Below, one piece after another: positions 35,092-44,549 of a stretch of DNA of 50,929 nt (position 1 is its first letter; every line of letters starts with the position of its first letter). The stretch is from Spartobacteria bacterium (GTDB lineage Bacteria > Verrucomicrobiota > Verrucomicrobiia > Chthoniobacterales > Terrimicrobiaceae). The notes below the pieces were generated by a model that searched no databases, had not been told where the DNA came from, and worked only from the letters and a program-made list of their open reading frames with translations. Location of the stretch: the NCBI GenBank assembly GCA_046093785.1, contig JBJTGE010000021.1, forward strand, positions 1-50,929, read 5' to 3'. A program made the position numbers and the translations under genes.

Positions 35092-35940
35092 TCAATCGAC
35101 TTTCTCCACCGAGATGCTCGTGGCAAGACTGCTGCCCACAGGCGTGCTGCTGTAGTAGGCGCCACTGATCGGGGCGACATCCGCGTGGCAGCGTCCAACC
35201 GCCGTGGCGATGAAGTGATGGTCGGTGAGCACGCCGTTGGTGGGATCCATGCCGATCCAACCTGCGCCGGGCAGGCAGGCTTCGACCCAGAGGTGCATGG
35301 CGCTGGAAGCGCGTTTTTCGGAAGCCGGCCTGTCGCCTTCCCAGACAAATCCGCTGACGAGGCGTGCGGCGACGCCGTTTTGGCGGAGTGTTTCCGCAAG
35401 CAGAGCCGCAAAGTCGCGGCAGGATCCGGAACCTTTTTTCAGAACCTCCTGTGGAGTGTGTGGCTGGCCTTTTGCACGGACCTCATACTCGATGTTGTCA
35501 AAAATCCAGTGGTTGAAATTCAGGATCGTTTCCACAGTCGGGCGTGGACCGCTGGGAGCCAGAGGTGTTGGAAGTTTGCATCCGCTCACAGGCCCGAGAT
35601 ACGGCGCAAGAACTGCGAGTTCGTCCTCGTTGTATTCGGGCGGGACATGAAGTCCATGAGGCTCCAACAGGAAATGGAAGGGGTTTTTCTCCTTCACCTC
35701 GAGCTCGATTTCCACACGAAACGGGAGCGTCTTCGACATTTCGGGGTAGAAACAATACGCGATGTGGTTGTCGAAGAGATCCTGGCGTAACTGCACATCG
35801 GCGCCCGATTGGGTTTCGAAACGGATGTTCTCGACTTTTACGGACAAGTCGATGCGGGGAAAAATTCTCGCATGGTGTGGTGAAAACGACACCTTGCCCT
35901 CGTAGGTGTAGACCGATTCCTTTTTGATTTTGAGTTTCAT
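35092..35940 (-). CDS. Transglutaminase-like cysteine protease family protein (Bact_transglu_N plus transglutaminase core), second copy
   Basis: Cys-His-Asp triad contexts GSGSCRDFAALL, HLWVEA, GMDPTN. 4-nt overlap with the upstream paralogue. Confidence 0.8.
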   Translation of the reverse strand: MKLKIKKESVYTYEGKVSFSPHHARIFPRIDLSVKVENIRFETQSGADVQLRQDLFDNHIAYCFYPEMSKTLPFRVEIELEVKEKNPFHFLLEPHGLHVPPEYNEDELAVLAPYLGPVSGCKLPTPLAPSGPRPTVETILNFNHWIFDNIEYEVRAKGQPHTPQEVLKKGSGSCRDFAALLAETLRQNGVAARLVSGFVWEGDRPASEKRASSAMHLWVEACLPGAGWIGMDPTNGVLTDHHFIATAVGRCHADVAPISGAYYSSTPVGSSLATSISVEKVD

Positions 35941-36818
35941 GGTTTTTCAGGAATTCGCTGCATGCTCACATGCACTTTCAGCTTTTGCGAGGCTGAACCT
36001 TTGAAAGTTCCCCGCACGGGGGCGGCGTCGAGGAAGTCGCGGCCCACGGCGACTGTGACATGTTGCTCACCGCACCATTGGTTGTTTGTCGGATCCAGCG
36101 CAACCCAGGCCATGCCGGGAACCAGGACCTCGACCCATGCGTGGGTGGCCAGCGAGCCAACCAAGCGCTTGCGGGAGGGGTCCGCCGAAACAGGAGGTTC
36201 GGACTCGATGTAGCCACACACATAGCGGCAAGGAATGCGAGCGGCCCGAAGGATGCTGATCATCACATGCGCGAAATCCTGGCAGACGCCCTCGCGCGTT
36301 TTCCAGACCTTGGACAGCGGGGTTTCGACATCCGTGGAGCCGGAGCGGTATTTGAACTCCCGGTAAATGGCCTTGTTCAGATCATCGAGGCCCTCCCGCA
36401 AGGGGCGGCTTTCGCGCAGGATGTCCCTCGCCCATGCACTCGATTCGGCATCCACCGGTATCGCCTCGGTCGCTTGCAAATAATCGAAAACTCCGGTGCC
36501 GGCGGATTTTAAAATCTGCCGCGCCTCGGCGACGGTGAGGGCCAGCCCGCTGGCAGGCAGGATGCGGGGCAGCGTGCGAATGGTCATGCGGTTCGTCACC
36601 TTGAGCTGACGGTGGCGAAGAGTCATCGAGTAGAATGTGGTGCGGTTGCCAAAATAATCGATGTAGTCGGAAACCTGCGCCCCTGGCTGGAATTCGATGC
36701 GGTGTCGCAGGACTTCCTGTTCCGGCCTGACGGGCGGCGTGAGGCGCACTTCAAGATAAGCCTCCATCGCCGTCTCTGCGTAAATATAGCCCGTGGTGTG
36801 GAGGACATTGAACAGCAT
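35937..36818 (-). CDS. Transglutaminase-like cysteine protease family protein (Bact_transglu_N plus transglutaminase core), first copy
   Basis: N-terminal HTTGYIYAE..., then GVCQDFAHVM, HAWVEV, ALDPTN. It starts 2 nt after the ATP-grasp/alpha-E stop. Confidence 0.85.
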   Translation of the reverse strand: MLFNVLHTTGYIYAETAMEAYLEVRLTPPVRPEQEVLRHRIEFQPGAQVSDYIDYFGNRTTFYSMTLRHRQLKVTNRMTIRTLPRILPASGLALTVAEARQILKSAGTGVFDYLQATEAIPVDAESSAWARDILRESRPLREGLDDLNKAIYREFKYRSGSTDVETPLSKVWKTREGVCQDFAHVMISILRAARIPCRYVCGYIESEPPVSADPSRKRLVGSLATHAWVEVLVPGMAWVALDPTNNQWCGEQHVTVAVGRDFLDAAPVRGTFKGSASQKLKVHVSMQRIPEKP

Positions 36819-36820
36819 GG

Positions 36821-39343
36821 TCAGGCGATGAAAGGAGGATCTATTTCGTGGTGCATGAGCACTTGATGGTTCAGAAAGCTGTCGCAGATCACGGTGTGAA
36901 GTCCGAGCAGACTTTGGAGAAGATCGTCCGAATGAACCTGCAGGGCGGATTTCGACGCGCCTGTTTTTTTAGCGGAGAGCAATCCCTCCCAATCACTGGC
37001 ATGGATGGATTGGATGAGCCGTTCGATGGTCGAAAGAGCCTTGTCTGTCGCGGGCGAGAGCACATTCTCCCCTTCACGGATTCGTGCGGCGCAGCCTTCC
37101 AGACAGCGCACCACGGAGCGCGGCGCGACGGAATTCGTCCAAAGAAGCTCCAGAAGCGGAAGCGGCTCGATGCGCATCTGATAGACGCGGCGATAGATGT
37201 CGCGGCTGTTCAAGAGGCGCAGAAAAGCGGAAAGGCGAATCTCGACCGCGTGCGGACGCAAACCCGCGCGGGACGACTGCAGAAGCGGCCCGGCGATGGA
37301 ACTGACCGCATTTGCCGTGATGGCCGCGCGCTCGAGAAGCTGCCCGATTTCGCAGAAGTTCCATCCATCGTCCGCGAGCATCGTGCATTTGGCCGTTCCA
37401 AAAAACCGTGGAATCATCTCGCGGGCGAACAAGCAGAACTCGCGACTCGCGTTTGCCAGAGTCTCTGCGGGGGCATCGGGGCGGAACTCCACCGCATCAA
37501 AGCGGGCGCGGAGTCCACTCATCACACCCCAAGCGTCGAGGCTCAAGGTTTCGAGAACCGACTCGGCGTTGGCAAACGCGCGGTGGATCGTGCTGATGAC
37601 CGAGCCGGGCTCTGCGGAATCAAAAGCGAGACGGTAACGGCCCGCCGGGCTTGAGATCGTGCGGCGGGAGGATGCGGCGGAGCCCTCCAGCATTGGCAGG
37701 ATGCGGTTCCAGACCGGGCGATAATTCATTCGCTCGGTGGGATTCAGTTCCTCGAGTTCGAGGGACTCGATGGTGCTGACCATTCCCGCGAGATCGTAGG
37801 CTCGCTCCAGATAGCGCCCGAGCCAGTAGTAGGCCTCCGCCACACGACTGGTCACGCCGTGCTGCGGGATTTTCAAATCAACCTGCCGCGAGGGATCCCA
37901 CTCGTCGGATTTTTTGTCCAAACCCACCTGCACCCATGTGTCTTTGCTGCCGCCGCCGAGTTCCGATGAAGTGAACGCGGAGTCCTTGGTCGAGACGCGC
38001 GTGAGAGCGCCGGGGAAGACTTCGAAATCGCCGCCGCTTTTCCGGAGGGCGAAAAGAATGTGGTCCTGTCGGCTCTTGCGGCGCTCGCCATCTTGAAACG
38101 AGATCGTTTGGGCATCGCACGCCTGCGGTTGCGCGACATAGCGGGCGGGGTCGCCGAGGATTTCCAAACGCACGGCGTCGATTTTTTCCTGCGTGGGCAA
38201 ATGGCCATCACCCCCGAGATAAATCCGTTCGCCGTAGAGTCCACGGATTGTGAATTTCTCGATATCGGCAAGCACCAACTCGCGCTGGTCGTGGTCGCCG
38301 AGCCAATAAGTCGGAAGCGTGGGCAGCAGCGGCGCCTCGCCGAGGTAGTAACGAATGATCTGCGTCGAAAAGGACAACAGCGCACGGTCGTCCGCGAGCT
38401 GCGAGCCGATGGCATTCACGACGGCCACGCTTTTTTTGCGGATGCAATGGATCAACCCGGGAACGCCAAGCATGGAATCGCGGCGGAAAACCATCGGGTC
38501 GAGCCAGCGGTCGGTGAGTCGCGAGTAAATAACATGCACCTTGCTCAGACCGGACACCGTTTTCAGATACACCTCGTCGTTGAGCACCAGCAAATCCCCG
38601 CCCTGCACGAGCGGGATGCCCATGCGGCGCCCGAGGAAGCTGTGCTCGGAATACGCCGGGCTCAGGGGACCGGGTGTGAGCAGCACGACCATGGGATCCG
38701 GCGCGGAGGAGTGGGAGCGGAGCATTTCCAGGATGCCGGTGGGAACATCGGAAATCGAATGGATGCCGGTATCGCGAAAAGATTGGGGGATGACGCGCGT
38801 GAGGGCGCGGCGGTTCTGAATCATGTAGGACATGCCCGAAGCGTGGCTGAAATAATGATGCTTCACGGCCAGTGCTCCATCCGGCAGGCGGCACACGGCC
38901 AGACCGCTCAGGTGCAGAAAGGCATCGCCGGGCTGCGGGAGACCCGCTGCCGCGCGTTGGAAAAACTCGCTGCCCAGAACGAGTGATGTCGGCAACACGC
39001 CGTCTTGGAGGATTTGCTTGGGTCCGTAGATATCCCTGAGGAAATGCTCGAAGGCTTTCAGGCGCTGGCGCACGCCGGCCTCCAGCGGCGTCCACTCGGC
39101 AGGCGTGAAAATCTGCGGCAAAAGATCGCAGAACCAGGCGCGTGCCCCCCACGGCCTGTCACGGTGAATGTCGAAAGTGACACCCATCTCGCGCATGGTC
39201 GCCTCGAGGCTTTCATCGAGGCTCCGCAACTGAGCGCGCGGTGTTTTTTGAAGCCGCTCGAAGAGGGCCTCGTAAACCTCGCGCGGACGGCCATCCGAGC
39301 CGGACATTTCGTCATAGGTGGCGAAATGCCAGGGCGCTTTCAT
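36821..39343 (-). CDS. Fusion of a circularly permuted ATP-grasp (type 2) domain and an alpha-E domain
   Basis: N-terminal half (about 37900-39343): YDEM....GRPREVYEALF....L......ATMREMGVTF......R.W..DLLPQIF...EW..LE.GV.QRLKAFE.FL.DIY pattern of the DUF404/DUF407 family. C-terminal half (about 36821-37860): VAEAYYWLGRYLERAYD, typical of alpha-E. Start ATG 39343 overlaps the ribF stop (ATGA). Confidence 0.8.
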   Translation of the reverse strand: MKAPWHFATYDEMSGSDGRPREVYEALFERLQKTPRAQLRSLDESLEATMREMGVTFDIHRDRPWGARAWFCDLLPQIFTPAEWTPLEAGVRQRLKAFEHFLRDIYGPKQILQDGVLPTSLVLGSEFFQRAAAGLPQPGDAFLHLSGLAVCRLPDGALAVKHHYFSHASGMSYMIQNRRALTRVIPQSFRDTGIHSISDVPTGILEMLRSHSSAPDPMVVLLTPGPLSPAYSEHSFLGRRMGIPLVQGGDLLVLNDEVYLKTVSGLSKVHVIYSRLTDRWLDPMVFRRDSMLGVPGLIHCIRKKSVAVVNAIGSQLADDRALLSFSTQIIRYYLGEAPLLPTLPTYWLGDHDQRELVLADIEKFTIRGLYGERIYLGGDGHLPTQEKIDAVRLEILGDPARYVAQPQACDAQTISFQDGERRKSRQDHILFALRKSGGDFEVFPGALTRVSTKDSAFTSSELGGGSKDTWVQVGLDKKSDEWDPSRQVDLKIPQHGVTSRVAEAYYWLGRYLERAYDLAGMVSTIESLELEELNPTERMNYRPVWNRILPMLEGSAASSRRTISSPAGRYRLAFDSAEPGSVISTIHRAFANAESVLETLSLDAWGVMSGLRARFDAVEFRPDAPAETLANASREFCLFAREMIPRFFGTAKCTMLADDGWNFCEIGQLLERAAITANAVSSIAGPLLQSSRAGLRPHAVEIRLSAFLRLLNSRDIYRRVYQMRIEPLPLLELLWTNSVAPRSVVRCLEGCAARIREGENVLSPATDKALSTIERLIQSIHASDWEGLLSAKKTGASKSALQVHSDDLLQSLLGLHTVICDSFLNHQVLMHHEIDPPFIA

Positions 39344-40281
39344 GCGGCGGCGTTCCTGGTTGGGAACCACGCATGCGCGGCACCGACATCCTCGCGAATC
39401 TGCGCGCAGAGGGCGTCCTTGTTTTCAAATTTCCTTTCGGGCCTGAGAAAATGGAGAAACGCGACTTCGATTTCTTTGTCGTAGAGATCGCCGGAAAAAT
39501 CGAACAGATGAACCTCCAGCACGCGCTGGTCGTCATTCGAGACGGTCGGACGCAGGCCGATATTTGCCACGCCGGGACAGGTCATTCCGTTCCAGCTGGC
39601 TTGGATCGCATAGACGCCGTCGGCGGGATACTGCTGTTCGCCGGTGGCGATGTTTGCCGTCGGGAAGCCGAGTTTGGCTCCGAGGCCCGCGCCGCGAACG
39701 ACCTTGCCACGAACCGCAAAGTCTCTTCCAAGAAGCTGTGTGGCCTTCGGAAGATCGCCCATGGCGAGCGCTTCGCGGATGCGTGTGCTGCTGACGGGTT
39801 CACCGTCCACGGCGACCGGTGCAATGGCGCTTGTGAAGAAGCCGCTTTTCATTCCGAGTGTTTGGAGCAAACGCGCGTCCCCCCGGCGGCCGTGGCCGAA
39901 CATCCACCCCTCGCCGATGCAGATGCCGGTGAGTTCAGGCGCGGTGCGGCAGAGTTTTAAAACAAAGTCCTCGGCTTCCATGGCAGAAAAAGCGGCGTCG
40001 AATGTGATGACGAGGGCGTGCTGGATGCCAAGGCGCTCGATGAGGTCCAGCTTGAAATCCAGAGGCGTCAGCAATCTGGGCGCCTTGTCCGGACGCAAGA
40101 TGAGAGCAGGATGGGGGTCGAATGTCAGTGCGACCGGAACGCCTCCGATGCGGGCGGCCGATTCAATGGCCGCGCGGAGAACCGCCTGATGGCCGAGATG
40201 CAGGCCATCAAAGACGCCTGCAGCCAGCACGACCGGCGCATCGATTTCCGCAAGGGCTTCAATGGAGCGGAGGATTTTCAT
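39340..40281 (-). CDS. ribF: Bifunctional riboflavin kinase / FMN adenylyltransferase
   Basis: GVFDGLHLGHQAVL, the riboflavin kinase part PTANI, and LEVHLFDFSGDLYDKEIEV. Confidence 0.9.
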   Translation of the reverse strand: MKILRSIEALAEIDAPVVLAAGVFDGLHLGHQAVLRAAIESAARIGGVPVALTFDPHPALILRPDKAPRLLTPLDFKLDLIERLGIQHALVITFDAAFSAMEAEDFVLKLCRTAPELTGICIGEGWMFGHGRRGDARLLQTLGMKSGFFTSAIAPVAVDGEPVSSTRIREALAMGDLPKATQLLGRDFAVRGKVVRGAGLGAKLGFPTANIATGEQQYPADGVYAIQASWNGMTCPGVANIGLRPTVSNDDQRVLEVHLFDFSGDLYDKEIEVAFLHFLRPERKFENKDALCAQIREDVGAAHAWFPTRNAAA

Positions 40282-41003
40282 CAGGCACCGCGCAAGCGTG
40301 AAACGGCGGGGAGGCTGAGGACGCGCTGTGCGATGGCTTCAATCGGTCCCGCCTTGAGTTCTTCGATGGTTACCGCACCTTCCACATGGAAGCGGCCGGA
40401 TTTCGTGCGGCGCAGGGATTTGAGATGTGCTCCGCAGCCGAGTTCCATGCCGATGTCGTTGGCATAAGTGCGGACATAGAATCCCTTGCTGCAGACGACG
40501 CGAAAATCCACTTCAGGCATCCTCACGGATTGAATCTCATGTGCGTAAACATGAACGAAGCGTGGCTCGCGTTCCACGGTCTTGCCCTGGCGTGCGAGCT
40601 TGTAGAGCGGCACACCGTCTTTCTTGATGGCGCTGACCATCGGCGGCGTCTGATAAAAATCACCGTGGAATTTCGCGAACGCCGCATCCAGTTGTTCGCG
40701 GGTAAAATCGGGGACTGGTCGGGTTTCGATGACCTGTCCATCGGAGTCCTGGCTGTCCGTGATTTCGCCGAGGCGGAGTGTGCCGACATACTCCTTGTCC
40801 TCGCTCATGAGGAGGTCTTGGATTTTTGTTCCCCGGCCGATCGTGATGATGAGGAGGCCTGTCGCAAGCGGGTCGAGCGTGCCGCAGTGGCCGACTTTTT
40901 TGGTATTCAGCGCACGGCGGGTTATCGCCACGACATCGTGGGATGTCATGCCTGCGGCTTTGTCCACGAGAAGGACGCCATCGATTTCAGTTCCGGATTT
41001 CAT
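40281..41003 (-). CDS. truB: tRNA pseudouridine(55) synthase
   Basis: GVLLVDKAAGMTSHDVV and the catalytic motif HCGTLDPLATGLL. Confidence 0.9.
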   Translation of the reverse strand: MKSGTEIDGVLLVDKAAGMTSHDVVAITRRALNTKKVGHCGTLDPLATGLLIITIGRGTKIQDLLMSEDKEYVGTLRLGEITDSQDSDGQVIETRPVPDFTREQLDAAFAKFHGDFYQTPPMVSAIKKDGVPLYKLARQGKTVEREPRFVHVYAHEIQSVRMPEVDFRVVCSKGFYVRTYANDIGMELGCGAHLKSLRRTKSGRFHVEGAVTIEELKAGPIEAIAQRVLSLPAVSRLRGA

Positions 41004-41964
41004 CAGAGAGAGCTTTCAAAAAATCGTTTTTGACCTTGGTGAGCGTGCCATCCACGCGAGCGCCGGCGGCCATGGCGTGTCCGCCGCCGTCGAATTTTTT
41101 GCACACTTTGCAGACATCGATCCTTGGGAACTTCGAGCGGGCGCTCACGCGCACCTTGCCTTCGGAAAGCTCCTCGAAAAACACGGCGGCTTCGACGCCT
41201 TCGACGGAGCGCAGATGGTCGATAATCCCCTCGTTGTCCTCGGGAAGAACCTTGAGTTTCTCCACGAGATCCAGCGGGAGGGTGAAGGTCGCGATGCGGT
41301 CGTCGCAATGGAACTCGGCGGTGTTGAGCGCATGCCGGAGAAGCTCGAAGCGGCGGCGGGGCTGGCTGTCATACATCGCACGGGAGAGGCCGGGAACATC
41401 CACGCCACAGCCGATGAGATGCGAGGCGGCGGAAAAAGTGCGCTCGTTCGTGCCGGCGTATTGGAAAGAGCCGGTGTCGGTCGAAATCGCCGCAAACAAA
41501 TTGGTCGCCATCTCCGTGGAAACGCGGGCGCCGACATGCTGGAAAAATTCCAAAAGAATCTGCCCGGTGGCGGGCGCGGAGGGATCGATGTAATTCACAT
41601 CGCCGTAGTTCTCGTTGCTGATGTGATGGTCGATATTGAGGATCGGAGTCCCGGGGGCGATGGCCTTGAGCACGGTGCCGAGGCGGTTTTTCACCGAGGT
41701 GTCGAGCGCGACAAAAACATCGAATTTCTGCGGCACAGAGGGAGGCAGGTTCACCATCTCGTGGCATGGCAGGTAGTGGAACTTCGAGGTCGAACCCTCC
41801 TCATTGTAGGCCGTCACCTCCTTGCCGCAATCGCGCAGCCAGAGCGCAAAGGCGATGGTGGAACCCAGCGCGTCGGCATCAGGGCGGATGTGGCTGGCCA
41901 CTCCCACGGTGCGGGCGTTGCGAAGCGCTTCGGAAATGGAATCAAAGTTTGTCGTCGTCGTCAT
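40987..41964 (-). CDS. nrnA: DHH/DHHA1 family phosphoesterase (NrnA-like oligoribonuclease/pAp phosphatase)
   Basis: HIRPDADALGS (DHH motifs I/II), ALDTS, DHH triplet NIDHHISN, DHHA1 GGGHAMAAG. Confidence 0.8.
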   Translation of the reverse strand: MTTTTNFDSISEALRNARTVGVASHIRPDADALGSTIAFALWLRDCGKEVTAYNEEGSTSKFHYLPCHEMVNLPPSVPQKFDVFVALDTSVKNRLGTVLKAIAPGTPILNIDHHISNENYGDVNYIDPSAPATGQILLEFFQHVGARVSTEMATNLFAAISTDTGSFQYAGTNERTFSAASHLIGCGVDVPGLSRAMYDSQPRRRFELLRHALNTAEFHCDDRIATFTLPLDLVEKLKVLPEDNEGIIDHLRSVEGVEAAVFFEELSEGKVRVSARSKFPRIDVCKVCKKFDGGGHAMAAGARVDGTLTKVKNDFLKALSDEIRN

Positions 41965-42313
41965 TTGGCAATTCTTCCTTCAGGCCGAGTTCATCCATGA
42001 TGTCGATGACCCGCGTGCCGCGCTCGATCGCGTCGTCGAGGCGGAAATTCAAGTGCGGCGTGTGTTTCATTTGCACGCGGCGGGACAGCTCGGTCTGGAA
42101 CATGACACGGTGCTGCTCGAGGGCCTCCATCGCCTTGCGGCGTCCGGCGGGGGAACCCAGCGCGGAGATAAACACATGGGCCTGCTTGAGATCGGGAGTG
42201 ATGTCCACATCGCTTACGGTCACGAGAGTGTTTTCAAACTCCAGCTCGCGGCGAATGATCACGCCGATTTCGCGTTTCAGCACTTCGCATACCCTGACGA
42301 GTCGGTTTTTCAT
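41942..42313 (-). CDS. rbfA: Ribosome-binding factor A
   Basis: RVCEVLKREIGVIIRRE....VTVSDVDITPDLKQAHVFIS, with an acidic C-terminus. Confidence 0.88.
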   Translation of the reverse strand: MKNRLVRVCEVLKREIGVIIRRELEFENTLVTVSDVDITPDLKQAHVFISALGSPAGRRKAMEALEQHRVMFQTELSRRVQMKHTPHLNFRLDDAIERGTRVIDIMDELGLKEELPNDDDDKL

Positions 42314-42374
42314 GGCACTGATTGTCCGGACGAGGTCTTCAGCCTGCGGTCGGTCGTGAGTTTGGATTTAAGAG

Positions 42375-44513
42375 TTACAGTTGCTGCGCGATCTTCTCGA
42401 GCGTGTAGCACTCGATGACATCCTCGGGCAGGTATTCGGTGAAATCACCCAGCTTGATGCCGCATTCAAGGCCCGAGCGCACTTCCTTGACCTCGTCGGC
42501 GAAGCGGCGAAGCGTGGCGATGCCGCCGTCGTAAATCGGCTGGCGGCGGCGCAACACACGGGCGCGCGCGCTGCGGGCGATCCGGCCATCCGTGACGATG
42601 CAACCCGCCACCTTGCCCTTGGTGAGGTCGAACACCTGCTTGACCTCGGCATGGCCGATGATGGCCTCGCGGAGTTCCGGCGCGAGCAGACCGCTCATGG
42701 ATTCGCGGATCTGATCGAGCAATTCGTAAATGATGCTGTAGAGCTTGATCTGAACGCCCTCGCGCTTGGCGGCCTGCGCGGCGCTGTTCTCCGTCTTCGT
42801 GCCGAAGCCGATAATCACGGCATTCGAAGCGCTGGCGAGGAGGACATCGGACTCTGTGATCGGACCGACGGCGTTGTGGATGATGTCGAGAGTGATCTTC
42901 TTTTGAGGAATCTCCTTGAGAGAGGCCACAACGGCTTCGAGCGAGCCTTGCACATCGCATTTGACGATGGCTTTGAGCGACGGCTTCGCCTCCGAGGCGA
43001 TGTTGGCAAAAAGATTTTCCAATGTGGTGCGCTGGGGCGTGGAGAGCTTGGTATCGCGGAGCTCGGCCAGGCGCTCTTCGCTGAGCATGCGCGCGGATTT
43101 TTCCGAATCCATCACGACCAATTCGTCGCCCGCATTCGGAAGTCCGCTCAATCCGAGAATCTTCACCGGCATGGATGGGCCGGCTTCTTTGACTGGCTTT
43201 CCAAGGTCGTTGATGAGTTGTTTGACCTTGCCCCAGTGGTTGCCGCAAATGAAGACATCCCCCGCTTTCAAGGTGCCCATGCGGACGATGACGGTGGCTG
43301 TCGGGCCGCGGCCTTGCTCGACTTGGGCTTCGATGACCGTGCAGCGCGCGTCCAGAGACGAACTGGCTTTGAGTTCCAGCATTTCCGCTTCGAGCAGCAT
43401 CGCATCGAGCAGGGAATCAATACCGGTGCCCTTCGTGGCACTCACAGGAACGCAAATCGTTTCCCCGCCCCAGTCCTCGGGCGTGAGGCCTTTTTCCTGC
43501 AACTGCGTGCGGACGCGGTCGGGATTGGCGGAAGGCATGTCGATTTTGTTGATAGCGACCATGATTTTCACCTTGGCGGCCTTGGCATGGGAAATCGCTT
43601 CGAGAGTCTGCGGCATGAGGCCGTCATCCGCTGCGACGACGATGACGACGATATCCGTGACATTGGCTCCCCGGGCGCGCATGGCGGTGAAGGCGGCGTG
43701 GCCGGGCGTGTCGAGGAAGGTGATTTTATGGCCATTGCGATCGACGCTGTAAGCGCCGATGTGCTGGGTGATGCCACCTGCCTCGCCGGCGGCGACGCGG
43801 GCCTTGCGAATGGCGTCGAGAAGGGAGGTTTTGCCGTGGTCCACATGGCCCATGAAAGTGATGATCGGAGCGCGGAGCTGAAGCTCGTCGATTTTGGCGG
43901 GCTCGGGAGCCTTCGGAACCTCGATCTTGGCTTCGACTTTGTGGTGGCCCTTCGATGTGTCCTTGCGTTCACGCTCGAAAACAAAGCCGTGCATGTCACA
44001 GACCTTGGCGACGACATCCGCCTCAACCGTCTGGTTGAGATTGGCGAAAATCTGCAACGACATCAGGTCTTTGATGAGCTGGAACGGCTTGAGGCCAAGC
44101 TCTTCGGCGAGAACTTTGACGGCAACCGGGGGCTTGATGTTGAGAACTTTTTTTCCGGAAACCTCGGGGGCGGGTTCCTCGGGCGCAGCTTCCACGGCCG
44201 CTGGCTCGACCACCTCGGGAGCGGGTTCCGGTTCGGGAGCAGGCGGAGGAGGAGTCTGGGAGACCGGCGGAGCTACGAGCGGCTTGATGAATGGCTTGAT
44301 TCCAACCTTCTCGGAGGTCTTTTTGACTTTTTTGACCGGCTCGAGCAGGTCGACTGTTGGTCCCTGGACTTTTGGCTCCGGGGCTGGGGTGGCAGATGGC
44401 GCCGGATTTTCAGCGGCGGAGCGCGAAGTGCGCGTGGAGCGCGAGGAACCCGCCGCGCGCTTTGTGGCGGTCGGCTTTTCCTCGGTGGATGTTTTCTTGG
44501 TTTTCTCTGCCAT
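42375..44513 (-). CDS. infB: Translation initiation factor IF-2
   Basis: Low-complexity N-terminus. GTPase [23 protein letters not shown]. Confidence 0.95.
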   Translation of the reverse strand: MAEKTKKTSTEEKPTATKRAAGSSRSTRTSRSAAENPAPSATPAPEPKVQGPTVDLLEPVKKVKKTSEKVGIKPFIKPLVAPPVSQTPPPPAPEPEPAPEVVEPAAVEAAPEEPAPEVSGKKVLNIKPPVAVKVLAEELGLKPFQLIKDLMSLQIFANLNQTVEADVVAKVCDMHGFVFERERKDTSKGHHKVEAKIEVPKAPEPAKIDELQLRAPIITFMGHVDHGKTSLLDAIRKARVAAGEAGGITQHIGAYSVDRNGHKITFLDTPGHAAFTAMRARGANVTDIVVIVVAADDGLMPQTLEAISHAKAAKVKIMVAINKIDMPSANPDRVRTQLQEKGLTPEDWGGETICVPVSATKGTGIDSLLDAMLLEAEMLELKASSSLDARCTVIEAQVEQGRGPTATVIVRMGTLKAGDVFICGNHWGKVKQLINDLGKPVKEAGPSMPVKILGLSGLPNAGDELVVMDSEKSARMLSEERLAELRDTKLSTPQRTTLENLFANIASEAKPSLKAIVKCDVQGSLEAVVASLKEIPQKKITLDIIHNAVGPITESDVLLASASNAVIIGFGTKTENSAAQAAKREGVQIKLYSIIYELLDQIRESMSGLLAPELREAIIGHAEVKQVFDLTKGKVAGCIVTDGRIARSARARVLRRRQPIYDGGIATLRRFADEVKEVRSGLECGIKLGDFTEYLPEDVIECYTLEKIAQQL

Positions 44514-44549
44514 GGTAAGTTGCGAGCCGGGGGAACGATTTCATACCCC

